Positions 60,335 to 64,000 of a stretch of 64,000 nt of DNA are shown here, in pieces. A program made the position numbers and the translations under genes. The notes below the pieces were generated by a model, which was not told the DNA's origin, did not search any database, and saw only the letters and a program-made list of their open reading frames with translations. Numbering within the stretch: the stretch's first letter is position 1; each line of letters begins with the position of its first letter. This DNA is from Longimicrobiales bacterium (lineage in GTDB: Bacteria > Gemmatimonadota > Gemmatimonadetes > Longimicrobiales > Gaopeijiaceae): contig OZ220732.1 in NCBI GenBank assembly GCA_965116905.1, forward strand, positions 3,872,001 to 3,936,000, read 5' to 3'.

Positions 60335-61515
60335 TGAAGAACGAACATGTTATGAGATGCTGGGAGTTTTTGTCGGCTGGGGTAGCAACCGCATGCCTGA
60401 TCTCGTTCACGGCCTGCGACGCCGGCCGACGTAACGAGACATCCCACCCACTGCCGGATAGGATCCCAGGCTCCGAGGGTGCCATCACTATCGAACACGA
60501 CCCCGCGCCCCATGGCATTGACGGTGCGACGCTCGAGCGGTGGCTTGGAGCGCGCGAAACACTACTGAACACCAGGCTGTTCGCGACGATCGGGAGCCAG
60601 ACGACTGAGGCGCCGGATCTCCTGGGACTCGTCGCCGACGTGGTCGTGGACAGAGCGCGAGATCTCCTTTTCGTCCTGGACGAGCAGGCGCAGGAAGTTC
60701 GAATCTTTACCTTGCGCGGCGACTTTGTCGACGCTTTCGGCGGGATTGGCGACGGACCCTCCGACCTGCGTCTCGCCAATTCAATTGAGCTGATCAGTGG
60801 AGGCCGGGTGTTGGTGGGGACACTCAATCTCCAGGCCAAGGTGTTTGCCGCAACTCCAAACGGCTGGCAGGCCGAACACATTGTTCCCCTGCCGTCCGGG
60901 GCCAGAGGCCTGTGCGCTGGCGCGCGGAATAGAGTATTCGTCAATGCCCATGATCGAAAGACAAACCAACTCGTTCACGAGATCAACCTGAACGCTGGGA
61001 CGGACACCACCCTCCTCAGCGGATTCGCGGGCGGGTATGAGCACGACAATTGGCTGGTGCAAAGGTATCTGGGCACGGGTTCGCTCGCGTGCCTCGCGAT
61101 GCCCCGTCCTCTGGTCGTATTCGGACATGCAAGCATACCGATACTACGGGCTTATGATCCCGATAGTCGCGATCTGGTTTGGGCCAGCCAGCTAACGCAC
61201 TTCACGCCGGTTCAACTGTATTCGGGCACCGACGCCAAGGGCGACTACATCTACCAGGATCGCCCAGAGGAGTGGGACTTTGTGGGTGCCGTCCATAGCA
61301 TTCTGGACATGTACCTTTTGGTGCAGGTAGGCCATGGCGACAGCACTCGCCAAGAACTGACCGTGAAGAGCTATTTGCTCGACGCTCGAACGGGGCACGG
61401 CGCATTCATCGGCGACGAACTGCCCCGGCTCATACCCTATGAGCACGGGTATGTTGGGATCTTCGAAGATCCCTATCCGCGCTTGGAGCTGCGCGTGTTC
61501 CGGGAGGCAACATGA
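60331..61515 (+). CDS. 6-bladed beta-propeller lipoprotein
   Basis: FTAC lipobox; LFVLD, FGGIGDGPSD motif. Confidence 0.72.
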   Translation: MMKNEHVMRCWEFLSAGVATACLISFTACDAGRRNETSHPLPDRIPGSEGAITIEHDPAPHGIDGATLERWLGARETLLNTRLFATIGSQTTEAPDLLGLVADVVVDRARDLLFVLDEQAQEVRIFTLRGDFVDAFGGIGDGPSDLRLANSIELISGGRVLVGTLNLQAKVFAATPNGWQAEHIVPLPSGARGLCAGARNRVFVNAHDRKTNQLVHEINLNAGTDTTLLSGFAGGYEHDNWLVQRYLGTGSLACLAMPRPLVVFGHASIPILRAYDPDSRDLVWASQLTHFTPVQLYSGTDAKGDYIYQDRPEEWDFVGAVHSILDMYLLVQVGHGDSTRQELTVKSYLLDARTGHGAFIGDELPRLIPYEHGYVGIFEDPYPRLELRVFREAT

Positions 61516-62105
61516 CTCCCAATGCACGGAAGTTCTGGTTGGGTTTGGCGGTATTGGTGTCCGGCATCGCTCTCGGATCCGCACTGAAAGGGATTGATCT
61601 AGTGCCCACGCTGAGCATACGGTGGCCGGACCGGACACCTGGGGCCTATCGCCCCGGCACCGTCGTCGGAGCCCGCGACAGCGGAGAGATCGTGTTCGTC
61701 TACGTCGGCTCGTCCCGATGCGTATGGTCAAACCTTCCCGAGACACCGCAAACCGTGCGGGACGCCAAGAGGATGGTGGCTACCCGCGCACGCGAGGCAG
61801 GCATGGGGTTTGCTGCCCTTGGCATCGCCGTTGACCCGGACGCCATCGCCGGGTGGGCGCATCTGGATCAATTCGGTCTCTTCGATGAGGCAATTGTTGG
61901 CAAGGGATGGCGGAATACGGGCAGTCGGAGGTACATATACGGACCCTTGAGCGGGTCGGCGGCAACCCCGCAGCTACTGGTGACGATACGATCGACCTCT
62001 GGCATGAAGAATGACGAGCGCGTCCTTCTCCGCAAGATCGGCTCCACTGGCATCGCTCGCTGGGTCGCCGATGGCGCGCCACTACCGCCGTTGACCGAAC
62101 CGTAG
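61512..62105 (+). CDS. Membrane-anchored thioredoxin-like hypothetical protein
   Basis: N-terminal TM; FVYVGSSRCVWS (CxxS); ATPQ cis-Pro-like motif. Confidence 0.55.
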   Translation: MTPNARKFWLGLAVLVSGIALGSALKGIDLVPTLSIRWPDRTPGAYRPGTVVGARDSGEIVFVYVGSSRCVWSNLPETPQTVRDAKRMVATRAREAGMGFAALGIAVDPDAIAGWAHLDQFGLFDEAIVGKGWRNTGSRRYIYGPLSGSAATPQLLVTIRSTSGMKNDERVLLRKIGSTGIARWVADGAPLPPLTEP

Positions 62106-63365
62106 ACCTGGCTGAATCGTCGCTTCCTGCCCCACGGTTCAATTCAGGGAAACCACCCTCCAGTGATGACCGCTGTTGGATCTCCAGGTCACAGTGGCCG
62201 CCTGGTCGACTCCCCTCGCCACCGAGTCCATGGCGAATCGGTTTCTAGGACTGTGAACTTCCCGTGGGTAGCGGGCCTCTCTGAGCGTGCGCGAGGCGTT
62301 TGCCGAACTACTTGGCGGCGAAACGCTTCAAGTCGTCGGCTCTGCCGAACCTCCGCGAACGTTACCGGACTGTTGGCAACTACCCGCGCTCACGAGACGT
62401 GTCGTGAACGGAAGAGAAATGATGATCGCGCATCTGCTGGGACGCGAAGAAGGCGTTGGAGCCCTTCCGCTGGTCGGGACGCCGAGCCGAGCGGATTACC
62501 CTAGCCAGCCTCCACGGCGGCGGCGTCTTCCAATCGGGAAGGCGGGCTCGCCGGCCCTCCGCTGTGTACTTTTTTCCGACCCCTGGACCCAAATAGGGTC
62601 GCCTGTCGGATTCCGTTTGGCGAGGTAATAATCGGAGGCTTGGCGGGACTTCCAAGGAGCGGGGCGGGGGCGTTTTGGCGAGCCGCTGGCAGACGCCGAT
62701 CCGGCTCCGGGACGGCACTGGAGCCCTTGGGAAATCGTCTTGATTCATGCTGTTGACACAGCCCGAGTCGGGCCTCTCCGTGTACAGGTATGGACACTCT
62801 CTTGCGGCGGCAAACGGGGCGGGAGGCGCGGTGCGTGAACCCGGTGGCGGGCCAGGTCGAGACGAGCCGCGCCCGCGCTGACGAAGGCACCCCGGTGCTC
62901 GCAGCGGCTCTTCGTCGGTTCTCAAGACGGATCGGCCATTCCAAGTCGATTTCCTTTCAGCGCCGAGCCTCGGACTCGAATGCTGGACAGCCACGATGAA
63001 ACCAATTACGGACCACATCCGTAGTGTGCCGCCCTCCGGGTCACCGGAGCGCGAACAGCAGCGCGAATCGAACGAGGCGAAACGCCGGAGGAGATAGCGT
63101 AGGCAGGTTGATCGACCCCAAGGCGGAAGCGGTGCCCGTGTCCATCGGCATCGGCGCTGGCGGAATCGTTCGCCGCTCCGGCTTGGAGGGTACATGGATG
63201 GCCCGGCATCGTTAGCCCCCGTCCCGCTGCCGACTGGGCTTCGCGAGGCTCGCTGAACGGGTTCCCCGAAGCGCTCGCAGGGGGGCTCCGCCGCCGAGTG
63301 GGTGGCGGCCAGCGACGACCTTCGGACAGGTCGCCGCAGGGGTTGTCGGACTCCGCTAAGGCTGG

Positions 63366-63381
63366 TAAGCCAGCATACTCC
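63366..63381 (-). other. Candidate oriT nic site (ColE1/MOBP5-like)
   Basis: Minus strand GGAGTATGCTGGCTTA resembles ColE1 ...TATACTGG/CTTA; just upstream of mobC. Confidence 0.6.
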
Positions 63382-63464
63382 TTGGGGCCACACTCCGTGA
63401 GTCCCCTGCGGAGGCTGGCGGGGGGCTGCGCCCCCTCTGACCCCCGAACCGGCAACGGCGCGCC

Positions 63465-63803
63465 ATGAGCCGTGGACGCGCCGTTTGGGTGAAGGTTCGC
63501 GCCAGCGAGGCGGAGCGTACCGAGTGGCACGCCAAGGCGCGCTCGGCAGGCTTGACGCTGTCGGATCTGGTGCGCCGGGCGGTCGGCCGGACGCACACGT
63601 GGACCGTGCCGCACGCCGAGGTCGAGCGCGAGCGCACCCGGCAGGTGGCGCGCGTCGGCAACAACCTCAACCAGATCGCTCGGTGGGCGAACACCCACAA
63701 GGAGGCGGTCGAGGCCGTCGAGGTGATCGGCCACCTCATCGCCATCAAGCGGGAGATGGCGGCGCTGTCCCCTCCTCAGAACACGGAGGACGATGCTCGT
63801 TAA
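63465..63803 (+). CDS. mobC: Relaxosome accessory protein MobC
   Basis: RHH-like N-terminus and ARVGNNLNQIAR. Confidence 0.92.
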   Translation: MSRGRAVWVKVRASEAERTEWHAKARSAGLTLSDLVRRAVGRTHTWTVPHAEVERERTRQVARVGNNLNQIARWANTHKEAVEAVEVIGHLIAIKREMAALSPPQNTEDDAR

Positions 63804-64000
63804 GTTTCTCGCCCGCGGGACCGGATCGGCGCGGGGCGCGGCGGGCTACCTCCTCGGGGAGCTTGACGCGGCCGGGAAGCCGCGCGAAGGCGTCGAAGTG
63901 CTCCGGGGAGATCCCCACCAGGTGGCCGCCGTGGCCGATGCGCTTCCCTTCGAGCACAAGTACACCTCCGGCGTGATCGCGTGGGCGCCGGAGGACCAAC
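63793..64000 (+). CDS. Relaxase (MbeA/MOBP-type), truncated by window end
   Basis: MLVKFLARGTGS...GYLLG...EVLRGDP...YTSGVI; GGAGG RBS; overlaps mobC. Confidence 0.85.
   Translation, partial: MLVKFLARGTGSARGAAGYLLGELDAAGKPREGVEVLRGDPHQVAAVADALPFEHKYTSGVIAWAPEDQ

Noticed and set aside
62163..63240. ORFs between the peptide operon and oriT
   Set aside because: No coherent protein motifs; no tRNA or att site recognised.

Overview
High-GC bacterial chromosomal window. The gene content (many secreted serine hydrolases, VPS10 and 6-bladed propellers, choice-of-anchor B, PD40-amidohydrolase, TonB receptors) suggests Gemmatimonadota; this is inference only. Most of it is catabolic and envelope genes. 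The standout is a minus-strand cluster at about 25.6-30.7 kb. It holds a stand-alone, N-terminally anchored C39 peptidase, five tandem divergent small precursors (signal-peptide-like N-terminus, double-Gly-like site, hydrophobic CxxC-X17..28-CxxxC core), a stem-loop, a CxxC redoxin, a Yip1-like membrane protein and an ABC transporter. This is a candidate undescribed disulfide-stapled peptide (bacteriocin/RiPP-like) system. Other highlights: two split redoxin ORFs that read as exported selenoproteins (UxxC and TxxU, each with a SECIS-like hairpin); a 6-Cys secreted peptide heading a TonB receptor/lipoprotein/propeller operon; an Hsp20 gene with a sigma54-type promoter and five palindromic upstream sites; a MITE-like element translated in-frame inside signal peptides; a RES-Xre TA pair flanked by 16-bp direct repeats; a decayed vapBC; and oriT-mobC-relaxase at the right edge. 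No rRNA, tRNA or CRISPR array was recognised. All product calls come from motif recognition by eye, not from database searches.
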